Positions 9,551 to 19,170 of a stretch of 56,389 bases of DNA are shown one piece after another (positions within the stretch are counted from its first letter, which is position 1; the number at the start of each line of letters is the position of its first letter). This stretch comes from Methanocella sp. (GTDB taxonomy: Archaea > Thermoproteota > Bathyarchaeia > Bathyarchaeales > Bathycorpusculaceae), in the NCBI GenBank assembly GCA_050261115.1, contig JBLNCY010000019.1:1-56389 (forward strand). Direction: 5' to 3'. The position numbers were made by a program, and so were the translations under genes. The notes beneath the pieces are model-generated. The model made no database searches and was not told the origin of the DNA. It saw nothing but the letters and a program-made list of their open reading frames with translations.

Positions 9551-11335
9551 TTGAAAACAGACATAAAGAAAACACTACAGACCATAAATCTTCTAAGACA
9601 CAAACCTTCTACGCTAAGTCTCGCTGCGCCACTACTATGCCTCGTCATTATCGTGTCGTCATTCGTTGCCCTCGCACCCACGTCTGAAGCAGCAGTAACC
9701 GTTCAATTTGGCCAAACAACTAAAGGAACCCTGTCGGCAGGACAGCCCGGAAACATAATGGTCGGGTCAAGGTTCACCAGCTCAGTGGATGGTGCCGTCA
9801 ACAGCATATCGGTCTATCTAAGCAATCCAAGTACAGCATCGGTAAACGTCAAATGCGCTATCTATAGAGAGACAGACAGAACACTAGTAGCAACCACTGA
9901 AGAAAAAGCCGTAACCAGAGGTTCTGATGGCTGGCAAACATTCAACTTCCCAACACAGCCTTCGATAACCACAGGAGCCCGCTATAGTTTGGTTGTGTGG
10001 TTCTCAGGAAGCAACCTACAAATCAACTACGGTGCAGGCAGTGGCAGTCAAAGCTGGTATGCAAGCCAATCCTACGGCAACTTCCCAAATGGACCATACA
10101 CTAGCTTCGCAGGGTATAACCAAGAAAACTTTGTGTATTCAATATACGCGACTGTAACATCTACCACCACGACTACTTCGCCGTCCCCAACTCCGGCTCC
10201 AACCACTTCAACAGTCAATGTTGGCCAGACTACTGTAAGCACCAGTGCATCAGGACAACCCGCCGGAGTAATGGTTGCATCCAGATTCACAGCGTCCAGC
10301 AGTGGCACTGTAACAAACATCAAAGCATACTTGACTAATCTAGGCAGCACCGCAAGCAACGTAAAATGCGCAATCTATAGGGAGTCAGACAGAACGCTAG
10401 TAGCAACTACTCAAGAAAAGACAATTGAAGGAGGAAGCAGCGGCTGGCAAACATTCAACCTTGTAACAGCGCCAACACTCACCGAAGGAGCAAGCTATAG
10501 CTTAGTAGCATGGTTTGCAGACAGCAACCTACAAATCAACTACGGTGCAGGCAGTGGCAGTCAAAGCTGGTATGCGTTCCAAACATACGGAAACTTCCCT
10601 AGCGGGCCATACACAAGTTTCACCGGATATGCGTCGGAAAACGTAGTCTATGCCATATACATGACGTTAAGCACAACAACAACTTCAGTTACGCCTATAC
10701 CAACGATAACTCCATCGCCAGTACCAACCCAGACACCACGACCAACTCCAACAGCCACTCCAGCCCCAACTCCCAGACCAACAACCGGCCCAGTTACATC
10801 CGCAAAGAACCTTGCAGTTATTCCAGATGCCTGGGGATCAGGATACTACCCAACAGTACCTCAATATGCCTTCGTTGACTATTCTGTAACACACAATGGA
10901 AACCCAAGCATTCGCCTACAAAGAGGCGGAAACATCGATCCATTCGGCGTAATCGACAGATCAATATGGACCAACCTATACTCATGCAAACCTGGTGATC
11001 ACATAGTTGCTAGCATCTGGATACGTACTGACTCCTCATCTGGTGACATGGGCGCTCGACTTGGCATCGACCTGTATGGAGGAAGATACATAGTCGACGG
11101 GTACCCCGGAGTACACATTGACACAACAACAAACTATGTTCGCTGGGGAACAACAACTTGGACACAGAGAACCTATGACTTCATAGTACCAAGCACTACA
11201 TATACCAGAGACCAAACAGGAGCTTCAATCCCAGGAACGCAAATCAACGGCATACTGCTATGGATACAAGCCCGGCCAGGCGATGCTAATGGGAACGCAT
11301 GGTTTGCCGACGCTGAATTATACATAAATCCCTAA
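9551..11335 (+). CDS. Secreted/surface protein: signal peptide, two tandem DUF4082-like beta domains, Thr/Pro linkers, C-terminal CBM-like (galactose-binding-fold-like) domain
   Basis: Hydrophobic N-terminus ending ..TSEA; two ~150-aa repeats (SRFT..GxV..I..YL..VKCAIYRE.DRTLVATT.EK...GWQTFN..P.T.G..YSLV.WF); TPSPVPTQTPRPTPT linker; C-terminal WTQRTYDFIVP...AWFADAEL. Confidence 0.8.
   Translation: MKTDIKKTLQTINLLRHKPSTLSLAAPLLCLVIIVSSFVALAPTSEAAVTVQFGQTTKGTLSAGQPGNIMVGSRFTSSVDGAVNSISVYLSNPSTASVNVKCAIYRETDRTLVATTEEKAVTRGSDGWQTFNFPTQPSITTGARYSLVVWFSGSNLQINYGAGSGSQSWYASQSYGNFPNGPYTSFAGYNQENFVYSIYATVTSTTTTTSPSPTPAPTTSTVNVGQTTVSTSASGQPAGVMVASRFTASSSGTVTNIKAYLTNLGSTASNVKCAIYRESDRTLVATTQEKTIEGGSSGWQTFNLVTAPTLTEGASYSLVAWFADSNLQINYGAGSGSQSWYAFQTYGNFPSGPYTSFTGYASENVVYAIYMTLSTTTTSVTPIPTITPSPVPTQTPRPTPTATPAPTPRPTTGPVTSAKNLAVIPDAWGSGYYPTVPQYAFVDYSVTHNGNPSIRLQRGGNIDPFGVIDRSIWTNLYSCKPGDHIVASIWIRTDSSSGDMGARLGIDLYGGRYIVDGYPGVHIDTTTNYVRWGTTTWTQRTYDFIVPSTTYTRDQTGASIPGTQINGILLWIQARPGDANGNAWFADAELYINP
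10010..10575 (+). repeat. Intragenic direct repeat: identical 53-bp block at 10010-10062 and 10523-10575 (period 513 bp)
   Basis: agcaacctacaaatcaactacggtgcaggcagtggcagtcaaagctggtatgc occurs twice, read directly from the sequence. Confidence 0.95.
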
Positions 11336-11350
11336 TTCTTTTTCTTTTTA
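11336..11350 (+). terminator. Oligo-T tract, probable archaeal terminator between convergent genes
   Basis: ttctttttcttttta immediately after the stop at 11335. Confidence 0.5.
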
Positions 11351-11354
11351 TTAA

Positions 11355-12566
11355 TTATTTTAGAGTCAACAGGTAATTTTGAAGGTCTTCCACCACTAGC
11401 CCCCAGGTATACCGGTTTAGGATTATATCACGCCCTTCTTTTCCCCATTTTTCAAGAAACTCACTGTTTTGATAAGCATATTCGATCGCTTTGGCTATCT
11501 CCGGGGGGTCAATGGATGAAATGTAGATTCCGCAAGGCGTGTTTTTTATGACCGAGGAGTGGGCTTCTATGTTAGTCAAAATTACTGTTTTTTCCATAGC
11601 TAAATATTCAAGAAGTTTTAGGGGGCTCTGGAACCGCCAAAACGGATGATCTGGTAGGGGGATAATGGCTACGTCAGACATGCTAATGTATTTGGGTACC
11701 TTTTCCTGGTTTACTGGATCAGCGATTATTACGTTCTCTTGTAAGCCATTCTGTTTTACTGAAGCCTTCAGAGCTGTAACGATAGGTCCAGTTCCTAAGA
11801 GAAAAAGAACAATTTGAGGGTATTTAGCCTGAAGTATCTTGATGGCATTTACCGTCTGGGTTAATCCCCGATTAGCCGAGAAAACGCCATGATAAAACAC
11901 CACAAACTTTTCTGATAACCCAAGACTTGCCCGGAAACTTTTGCCTTCCGACGCATAATTAGCGGGGTTAAACAGACCCTCCGAAACCCCAGAGGTCCAA
12001 ACGCCCACATTCCGGGACGGCAAAATAAAGTCGGAACATACCTTTTCTTTCATTGAAGGCGTGATTATAGTTATACCATGAAAAAATTTTTTAGCCGTAA
12101 CCACCGATAGGGAGAAAAAAACATTCTTAAGATAACCGCTTAAGCCTGCAGTCTCAACAGGCAGCGTGCGTATATCTAAAACAAACTTTGTTTTCTTAGC
12201 CCTTAATGCAATAAGCGCTGGAAAGGCACTTAAAATGTGAACGTCCGGATCAAAAATCAGATAATCCGCTTTTGAACGGAGAGCAAAAACAGGAAGGAGC
12301 AAAGCAAGCAGCGCCGTAAAGATAACTGTTGAAATAAATGGCTTGTATCTTAGTGGAATAGGCGTAACCTGCACTGAAGGGTTTTGATTCTTGTATCTTC
12401 CACTCGATTGTACAGCGATCAGGGAGCATCGGTTTCCATTTTTAGAGAGCTGACTTAAGGTCTGTAAGAGCGCTGTTTTATGAAGGTCGGCATCAAGACG
12501 GGTAAAGGTTACCCAGAGCGTTGATATGTTGCGCGATAGCATCGTTGGGCCTGCGTTAACTGCCAT
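11355..12566 (-). CDS. Glycosyltransferase family 4 (GT-B)
   Basis: FYHGVFSANRGL, QSPLKLLEYLAMEKTVI, NRYTW. Confidence 0.9.
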   Translation of the reverse strand: MAVNAGPTMLSRNISTLWVTFTRLDADLHKTALLQTLSQLSKNGNRCSLIAVQSSGRYKNQNPSVQVTPIPLRYKPFISTVIFTALLALLLPVFALRSKADYLIFDPDVHILSAFPALIALRAKKTKFVLDIRTLPVETAGLSGYLKNVFFSLSVVTAKKFFHGITIITPSMKEKVCSDFILPSRNVGVWTSGVSEGLFNPANYASEGKSFRASLGLSEKFVVFYHGVFSANRGLTQTVNAIKILQAKYPQIVLFLLGTGPIVTALKASVKQNGLQENVIIADPVNQEKVPKYISMSDVAIIPLPDHPFWRFQSPLKLLEYLAMEKTVILTNIEAHSSVIKNTPCGIYISSIDPPEIAKAIEYAYQNSEFLEKWGKEGRDIILNRYTWGLVVEDLQNYLLTLK

Positions 12567-12600
12567 TGTTTGTCTAACAACCGATAATGTTACGTTCAGG

Positions 12601-13794
12601 CTAACCCATGGTTAGATCCTTAAGGATTTTTAAGTATTCATTAAGGTAGGCTTGGGGGGAAAAGTTTCGATTAAAAACGGTTTTTAGCTTGGTTTGGGAG
12701 TACTTGTCTTTTGAGAAATCATACAGCAAACGCTCAAGCGACGCAGCATCTTTGTAAATCAACCCTTGGTCTACGTGCTGCAGTATTTCGGGCAACCCAC
12801 CCACGTTTGAAGCTATTACAGGGGTGCCCACTGAAAGAGCCTCTAACATAGCCAGCGGGGCATTTTCAGCGCATATCGACGGCATGAATAGAGCGTTCGC
12901 ATCGGTTAGTAGACTATAGAGGGAATCATGATCAACCCAACCCAGCAAAACGATTCTCTTTTCCAGGCTATTTCTTCTCAGGTAGCGCCGTATCTCATTA
13001 GCTAAGCGTCCATCGCCGGCGATAACTAGATTGAGATCTAAACTTTTTTCCCCAAAGAACTTCACTAATTCTAAGATGCCCTTATGCTTTTCAAGTGCAC
13101 CCACATAGGTAAAAAAACTAGAAAAACCAGACGATTCAATAATTTCAGGCGGTTTTGGGGCAAAGTTTGGGATCACTATTGCCTTATTAAAACCAACATT
13201 TTTAGTTAAGACACTATGGGTAAATTGACTCGGGGAAATTAGTAAATCAATCTTGGATAGGGCTTTTTTGATTTTTGCACTCTGCCGCCAAACTTGAGGG
13301 GGTCTTCTATATGCTATGCAACAAGAAAAGCATGCTTTTTTTTCACAAATTTTACCGCTTTTTTTTAGCAGGTTGTTTTGTTGGCAGATTAGCCAAAAAT
13401 CGTGGGCTGTAAAAAGGTTAAAGTAGTTTTTTTCTTTGAACAGTAATTCGTAGCCTAGAAGTGATATGTTGTGGTGGTGCACTATATCAGGTTTTAGGGT
13501 GTTTGTTAATTCTTTGAATTTTGATGTCACGGTGGATGAGTGCCCAAAAAAATAGGCGCCATAGGCAGTGTTATTGAATCGAGTTTTGATGGGATGTGTA
13601 TGAATGCTGCTTGGCTTGTTTTCGTTTATGGGGTTTTTCCGCTTGACTCTGTACGCATCGATGCTGTGCAAAACATGAACTTCGTGGCCAAGTTTTGCGA
13701 GTTCTTCAGCTAAATATTTTACATGAACCGCGTCGCCGCCGATGTGATAAGGAGGATAAAAAGATGACGTAAATAAGAACCGAAGGGTTTCCAC
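12601..13794 (-). CDS. Glycosyltransferase family 4 (GT-B) with a Cys-rich insertion
   Basis: YPPYHIGGDA, VHHHN, TAHDFWLIC...C..C..CC, YVGALEKHKG, ENAPLAMLEALSVGTPVIASNVGGLPE. Confidence 0.92.
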   Translation of the reverse strand: METLRFLFTSSFYPPYHIGGDAVHVKYLAEELAKLGHEVHVLHSIDAYRVKRKNPINENKPSSIHTHPIKTRFNNTAYGAYFFGHSSTVTSKFKELTNTLKPDIVHHHNISLLGYELLFKEKNYFNLFTAHDFWLICQQNNLLKKSGKICEKKACFSCCIAYRRPPQVWRQSAKIKKALSKIDLLISPSQFTHSVLTKNVGFNKAIVIPNFAPKPPEIIESSGFSSFFTYVGALEKHKGILELVKFFGEKSLDLNLVIAGDGRLANEIRRYLRRNSLEKRIVLLGWVDHDSLYSLLTDANALFMPSICAENAPLAMLEALSVGTPVIASNVGGLPEILQHVDQGLIYKDAASLERLLYDFSKDKYSQTKLKTVFNRNFSPQAYLNEYLKILKDLTMG

Positions 13795-13815
13795 GGCGAT
13801 ACCAACGTAAAAACT

Positions 13816-15264
13816 CTAGTGCGCATGCTCCATCTTATGCAGGACATAGTTACGGGTTATCTTAACAACATAGCCGGTTGCCAGATGGAGATCCTCTGGA
13901 TGGTATAATGTATGCTTGAGGTTTTGCAGGACCCATCGAGAGTTAAAGTAAAGGGCGCGATACGCCATTTTTCTTGCCTTCTCCAGCTCGGCCGGTGAAA
14001 GCTCATCTGTCCTCATAATAGCGGCATGCTGATAAAGTTCTCGCCAATCGAAAGCAGGTTTAATCCAGCCCTTCTGGGTAGCAATGTTATAGAGCTCGGT
14101 TCCAGGATAAGGAACAGCTACATTAAACTGCGCGCCCGTAGGTAACGTTCTCTTAACGAATCGTATGGTCTCCTTTATTGTATCCCAATTTTCGCCGGGC
14201 AACCCAAATACGAAGCTACAGTAAGATTTTATCCCAGCTTTTTTAACCTGTTTAATCGCGTTTTCCGCTTGTGTAACCGTAACCCCTTTTTGGGCATTAT
14301 CGAGGATTTGTTGGTTGCCGGATTCTATGCCAAATGAGATTCCTCGGCACCCACCCGCATACATTGCTGACAGCAGCTCTGGATCTACTAGGTTTACTCG
14401 GGTGTTGCAGTACCAGGTTATCTTTAGATTATTCTTCTTAATACCATCAGCGATGGCGATAGTGCGTTGCCTGTCTAGGGTAAAGGTTTCATCGAAAAAG
14501 GAGATTGTTTTTATGTTAAAGTTTTTTTTAAGGTAGGTAAGTTCATCTAAGATTTTTTCTGCAGACCGATTCTTTAGTTTAGTTTTTCGTTCTGTGCAGT
14601 AAATGCATGAAAAAGGGCAGCCTTTGCTGCCATATATTATTGAAAATGGCGAGCCATGCCGGGTATTTATGAAATATTTATCAAGTGAGGGCAGAAGGCT
14701 ATAGGCAGGCATTGGCAAAGATTCCCAGTTCGACATGGGTTCAGCTGGATCATTTACGGTGATTTTTTCGTTGCTTCTATAGGCTATTCCTCGCACGCTG
14801 GATAAGCTGTTCCCCTCAGAGATGGCACGGACAAGTGAAAGCGCGACAGTTTCGTATTCGTGCATTATATAAACGTCAAGATTGGTGGACAACTGTAGCA
14901 CACTTTGAGGGAGGGTTCTTAGGGTCCAACAGATTCCGGCGGTGATTGCGTTGGGATGGTTTGCTTTAGATATGGAAGCGATTTTGTTGTCGTTGTCAAA
15001 GGTTGTTGGGGTAAACCTAAAGATTAAGATGTCATATTGGCTTTTTTTAATGACGTCATCCACTTGTTCAAAGTTAAGGTTTTGTCCGTTGGCGTCTGTT
15101 AACTTAACTTCGTGGCCGTTAGCCATTAGTATAGAAGCGATCTGGAGAAGGCTGTATGGGGGGATAACGGAGGATCTTTCAGTTATCTCGCAACGTTCCT
15201 CCCGAATAACTGGTATCCCGTGGAACCTAGGGGGATTAATAAGTAAAACTCTCAATCTAATCAC
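13816..15264 (-). CDS. B12-binding-domain radical SAM protein
   Basis: N-terminal B12-binding-like domain (LLINPP...PPYSLLQIAS); CPFSCIYC [4Fe-4S] motif; FFDETF, GIESGNQ, FVFGLPGE, PYPGTELY. Confidence 0.92.
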   Translation of the reverse strand: MIRLRVLLINPPRFHGIPVIREERCEITERSSVIPPYSLLQIASILMANGHEVKLTDANGQNLNFEQVDDVIKKSQYDILIFRFTPTTFDNDNKIASISKANHPNAITAGICWTLRTLPQSVLQLSTNLDVYIMHEYETVALSLVRAISEGNSLSSVRGIAYRSNEKITVNDPAEPMSNWESLPMPAYSLLPSLDKYFINTRHGSPFSIIYGSKGCPFSCIYCTERKTKLKNRSAEKILDELTYLKKNFNIKTISFFDETFTLDRQRTIAIADGIKKNNLKITWYCNTRVNLVDPELLSAMYAGGCRGISFGIESGNQQILDNAQKGVTVTQAENAIKQVKKAGIKSYCSFVFGLPGENWDTIKETIRFVKRTLPTGAQFNVAVPYPGTELYNIATQKGWIKPAFDWRELYQHAAIMRTDELSPAELEKARKMAYRALYFNSRWVLQNLKHTLYHPEDLHLATGYVVKITRNYVLHKMEHAH

Positions 15265-16471
15265 TCGATTTATCTATAATTTGAATGTATTTTTGCAGGG
15301 TATTCTCGGCACATATTTTTAGATCAAATTTTTCCATAGCTGTTCTTCTAGCTTCAAGACCAACTTTACTGCGCAAATTTTCATCGGACAACAAGTCGCA
15401 TGTGACCCTCCCAATATCCTTCACGGATCTAGGCTCAATCAAGAAACCATTCACGCCGTTTTCTATCGCTTCCGGAATTGCACACACATTTGAAGCTACT
15501 ACTGGAAGGCCACATGACATAGCCTCCAATATCCTGATTGGAAGGTTCTCATACAATGTAGGCGCGATATAGACGGCCGCAGACCTATAATACTCAAGAA
15601 TGCTTGCCGGATTTTTAAGATAACCAACAAAATTAACATTTTCTTCGTGTACTCCAAGCCGCTTAATTTCACATTTAAGATAATCGTAATCTCCTGGCCC
15701 TATGAAGACAAATTTGCAATCCCGATGCTCATTGAGTATGGTAGGCATCGCTTTTACCAAATAATTGAGACCTTTACTTCCAACCAGTCTTCCAGTAATC
15801 AAGACAATTTTATCTTTTTTATTATGCTTAGGAGGCGAAAAAAATTTGGTGTCGACGGAGTTATGGATAACGGAAATTGAGGATTCACCTATCTTTGGGT
15901 ACTGTTTTAAAATTTGATTCTTCATCCAGTGTGATACAGTTATGTATTGCCGGGACTTACGGAAATAGACCGATTCAGCTACACTGAGAAAGGGGAGAGC
16001 TAAATAAGTTACCTTTTCTGAAAGATCTAGGGCCCTGAAGGGTATTCTAGAGTTTTTACTACCATTTCTTTGACCTTTTATCGTTGTGTGAATAGTGGTA
16101 ACAACAGGAGTCTTTAAGGACTTAAACTGGAGGAGAAGGTCAGGCATATGGGCAGTATGAGAGTGGATAAGGTCGATTTTTTCTTCTCTAATTAGTTCAG
16201 GGACCTTTTTCAAACAAGCATATTGGAATTTTGCATTGTAAAAAAATGTATCGCTTGCTTCACATATAAAATGCACTTTGACATTACTACCAAACTCGGC
16301 TAAATAGTCAAAGTCCCTTGAACTAATTTCTGCCTTTCCAATGCGCTTTCTCATTGGAGTTACAACATGTATAGTTGTGTCTTTTGGAAAATGCTTCACG
16401 ATTTGCACTATATAGGTTCCAACGCCACCTAGTACTGGGAGAAACTCTGGTGCGAGCATACAAATTTTCAA
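15257..16471 (-). CDS. Glycosyltransferase family 4 (GT-B)
   Basis: EFLPVLGGVG, IHSH, TTIHTT, HNSVDTKFF, GRLVGSKG, YENLPIRILEAMSCGLPVVAS. Confidence 0.93.
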   Translation of the reverse strand: MKICMLAPEFLPVLGGVGTYIVQIVKHFPKDTTIHVVTPMRKRIGKAEISSRDFDYLAEFGSNVKVHFICEASDTFFYNAKFQYACLKKVPELIREEKIDLIHSHTAHMPDLLLQFKSLKTPVVTTIHTTIKGQRNGSKNSRIPFRALDLSEKVTYLALPFLSVAESVYFRKSRQYITVSHWMKNQILKQYPKIGESSISVIHNSVDTKFFSPPKHNKKDKIVLITGRLVGSKGLNYLVKAMPTILNEHRDCKFVFIGPGDYDYLKCEIKRLGVHEENVNFVGYLKNPASILEYYRSAAVYIAPTLYENLPIRILEAMSCGLPVVASNVCAIPEAIENGVNGFLIEPRSVKDIGRVTCDLLSDENLRSKVGLEARRTAMEKFDLKICAENTLQKYIQIIDKSSD

Positions 16472-16671
16472 AGTGATCCCTGCTTTTCTTTATTTAACCT
16501 ATGATTCGGAGGAGAAGGCCTAAGGCAAATGCTTAATTGTTGGCTCATAACTAATCCATCGCTTGACCGTTTGGGTGATTGGAATACCTTTATTGAGCTA
16601 CCCTTTGAAAGCTGACTAAGAGAGCAGTCGGCTGGTTTCTGTTGATGCTGGGTGCTCATCCGAAAAATCAT
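16468..16671 (-). CDS. Possible small hypothetical protein (67 aa)
   Basis: Fills the gap between the epimerase and the GT4; its stop overlaps the next TTG start; no recognisable motif. Confidence 0.25.
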   Translation of the reverse strand: MIFRMSTQHQQKPADCSLSQLSKGSSIKVFQSPKRSSDGLVMSQQLSICLRPSPPNHRLNKEKQGSL

Positions 16672-16678
16672 GTAACTA

Positions 16679-17650
16679 TTAATTTTCCGCTAAAGCTGAT
16701 TGGGGAACGTTTTGTTTATACCAATCAACCAAGCTACTGATGCCTTGCTCAAAAGAAATTTGAGGATTAAACCCGAGAATTGATTTGGCTTTTGAAATAT
16801 CGGCGCACCAATATTTTATATCTGCTGTCCTAGCAGGTTTGTATTCATTTTGTATATGGTCTTTGCCTAAGAGTTTCTTTATGTGTTGCGCCACTTGGTT
16901 TACGCTAGTGGAGGTTCCGCTGCCAATGTTAAAAGCTTCTCCAATGCCTTTCTTTGTTGACATGGCAAGCATGTTAGCTTGGATCACATCCTCAACGGAG
17001 ATAAAGTCTCTTGTTTGCTGCCCGTCCCCATGGATTATAGGAGGTAAATTGCGCATAATTCGATTAAGAAAAATCGTTATGACGCCGCCATATCCACCCA
17101 TTAGGTCGAATCTTTGCCTTGGGCCATATACGTTGAAGTAGCGTAATGCCACAGTTTCCAATCCATAAAGGCGGTAGTAGGCTTTAACATAGCATTCGCC
17201 TGCAAGTTTAGAAATTCCATAGGGGTTAGTCGGTTCTGTGTTCATTCCTTCATTTTTATTAGGCAAATCCGTTGTTCCATAAACCGCGGCTGAAGAGGCA
17301 AACACTAACCTCTTTACGCCACTATCTACGCATGCCTGCAAGACATTGAGAGTGCCATTTACATTAATCCAATTTACAAACTGGGGGTCTTTAATCGACC
17401 CTTCAAAGTCCAAATATGCAGCTTCGTGAAAAACGACATCTATGTCTTGTAGAGCATTGTTAATTTGAGAGTAATCGCATACATTGCCGAAGGTTAAAGT
17501 GAAGCCCTTATGACCCAACAATGCGACCAGATTTTTTTTAAATCCAGAAGAAAAATCGTCAAAAACTGTAACTTCCGCGCCGCTTTTTATTAACGCGCTT
17601 GCTAGATGACTACCGATAAACCCTGCTCCGCCTGTTATCAATGCTCGCAA
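16679..17650 (-). CDS. NAD-dependent NDP-sugar epimerase/dehydratase (GalE/WbpP-like extended SDR)
   Basis: TGGAGFIGSH, SSAAVYG, YGISK (YxxxK), RYFNVYGPRQ, GDGQQTRDF. Confidence 0.93.
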   Translation of the reverse strand: MRALITGGAGFIGSHLASALIKSGAEVTVFDDFSSGFKKNLVALLGHKGFTLTFGNVCDYSQINNALQDIDVVFHEAAYLDFEGSIKDPQFVNWINVNGTLNVLQACVDSGVKRLVFASSAAVYGTTDLPNKNEGMNTEPTNPYGISKLAGECYVKAYYRLYGLETVALRYFNVYGPRQRFDLMGGYGGVITIFLNRIMRNLPPIIHGDGQQTRDFISVEDVIQANMLAMSTKKGIGEAFNIGSGTSTSVNQVAQHIKKLLGKDHIQNEYKPARTADIKYWCADISKAKSILGFNPQISFEQGISSLVDWYKQNVPQSALAEN

Positions 17651-18204
17651 TCTAACCTCAACCTTGCTCCTGTTTTATTAAAAACGATTTCTTGATTGAC
17701 TCTATGGAAAAGGCAACGGTTCACTTAGTTTTAGACTAACCAGTAACTGATCTCTCCCTGAAGGGAGCAGATGCGAAGTTGTTAAGTCAGATAAGGGTAA
17801 CAATATCTTACCAATCGCTTGCCTATCAAAATTTTGCTGTTAATAAGAGATTAGTGATAACTTGCTTATAAATGCGGCGGCAAGCCCCCATGCTACAGCT
17901 ATCACGATTAAGTCCCAGGCAACAGAGTAGAGCAAAATGGGACATAAAAGAGGCACCCTGAGCGGGAAATCCGCTAGAAGAAGCGGGCGGCCAAGAGACC
18001 CTACAGCAACTCTTACAATTAAGCACAAATGAGGGGTTAGGAGGCAGGGCGTAAGGTGTACCCCGAACACTGGATTTAGTTAATAGCTGTTTTGGACTCC
18101 TAGGGGTCTAACGGCTTTTATTAACAAATCTTAAATCTCTGCAGCATTATCAATAGAAAAACACAAGACCAGATTAATTTAGCAGTTAAAAGGGAGAGAG
18201 AAAA

Positions 18205-19161
18205 ATGGTAGACATAATACAAGTATTGGCAATAATAATCCCCCTAGTAATAATCGTATATGTAATCGTATCGTCACTACGCATAGTTAGACCTACCGAA
18301 CGCGGCTTAGTCGAGCGCCTAGGCAAATACCACCGATTCGTAGACTCAGGCATAACCTTGCTGGTGCCGCTTGTAGACCGCATCATTAAAGTCAACATTA
18401 CCGAACGCATGACCCCCGTCCAGCGCCAAGACGTCATCACCCGCGACAAAGTATTCATGGGCGTCGATGCCGTAGTATTCTACAAAGTTAAAACAGATGA
18501 AACGAGCGTAAAGGCATCACAGTATTTCGTCAACAATTACGAATCACAGATCGATACACTTTCACGCACCGTCCTCCGAGACATCATCGGCGGCATGGAC
18601 ATGACGGTAGCTAACACAAGCCGCCCAATAATCAACGCGAAACTAAAAGAAGCCCTCGATGAGCAAACCAAAGACTGGGGCATAGAGATCGTTCGAGCAG
18701 AAATCAAAGACCTTGAGCCCCCACGCGGCCTGATGAGCAGCATGGAATCAGTCCTAAAAGCAGACAACGAACGCCAAGCAGCAGAAAAAACCGCCATCGC
18801 CCAGGCAACCCTTGCAAGCGGCGAAAAGAACGCAGCCATCCAACGCGCAGAAGGCATGAAGCAGGCAGCAATCCTACAAGCAGAAGGCCAAAAAACCGCC
18901 ACCATCGCCATAGCGGAAGGTGACGCCGAAGCAACCAAACTACGCAACGAAGCCCTAACAACCTACTTCAAAGACTCCGCCATAATATTCAAACAGCTAG
19001 AAACCATCGCCAACGCCCTCCAGAACAATACTAAAATCATCGTACCCGAAGGCAAAGCCGTCTCGTTGATACTAAATGAGCAAGATAATCTCAACAAAAG
19101 CACAATCCTGCCAGTTCAGCCGCCGCCCCAACCCAAAAGCCCCAACCCAACTAAGGGTTAA
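18205..19161 (+). CDS. SPFH/band-7 (stomatin/QmcA-like) membrane protein
   Basis: N-terminal TM; RIVRPTERGLVERLGKY; QDVITRD; WGIEIVRAEIKDL; AEG-rich coiled repeats. Confidence 0.92.
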   Translation: MVDIIQVLAIIIPLVIIVYVIVSSLRIVRPTERGLVERLGKYHRFVDSGITLLVPLVDRIIKVNITERMTPVQRQDVITRDKVFMGVDAVVFYKVKTDETSVKASQYFVNNYESQIDTLSRTVLRDIIGGMDMTVANTSRPIINAKLKEALDEQTKDWGIEIVRAEIKDLEPPRGLMSSMESVLKADNERQAAEKTAIAQATLASGEKNAAIQRAEGMKQAAILQAEGQKTATIAIAEGDAEATKLRNEALTTYFKDSAIIFKQLETIANALQNNTKIIVPEGKAVSLILNEQDNLNKSTILPVQPPPQPKSPNPTKG

Positions 19162-19170
19162 TTTCCCAGA

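Noticed and set aside
10670-10800. Short-period repeats resembling a tandem or CRISPR-like array
   Set aside because: They encode the Thr/Pro linker of the secreted protein; there is no repeat-spacer structure.
17700-18200. Intergenic region with small hairpins (ctccc-tgaa-gggag; agcgg-gaaat-ccgct) and hydrophobic minus-strand ORFs, considered as RNase P/SRP RNA or an NfeD partner of the SPFH gene
   Set aside because: No RNase P (GAGGAAAGUCC) or SRP helix-8 motif seen; the ORFs are on the wrong strand for an nfeD-SPFH operon and lack motifs. Could be a remnant, but unsupported.
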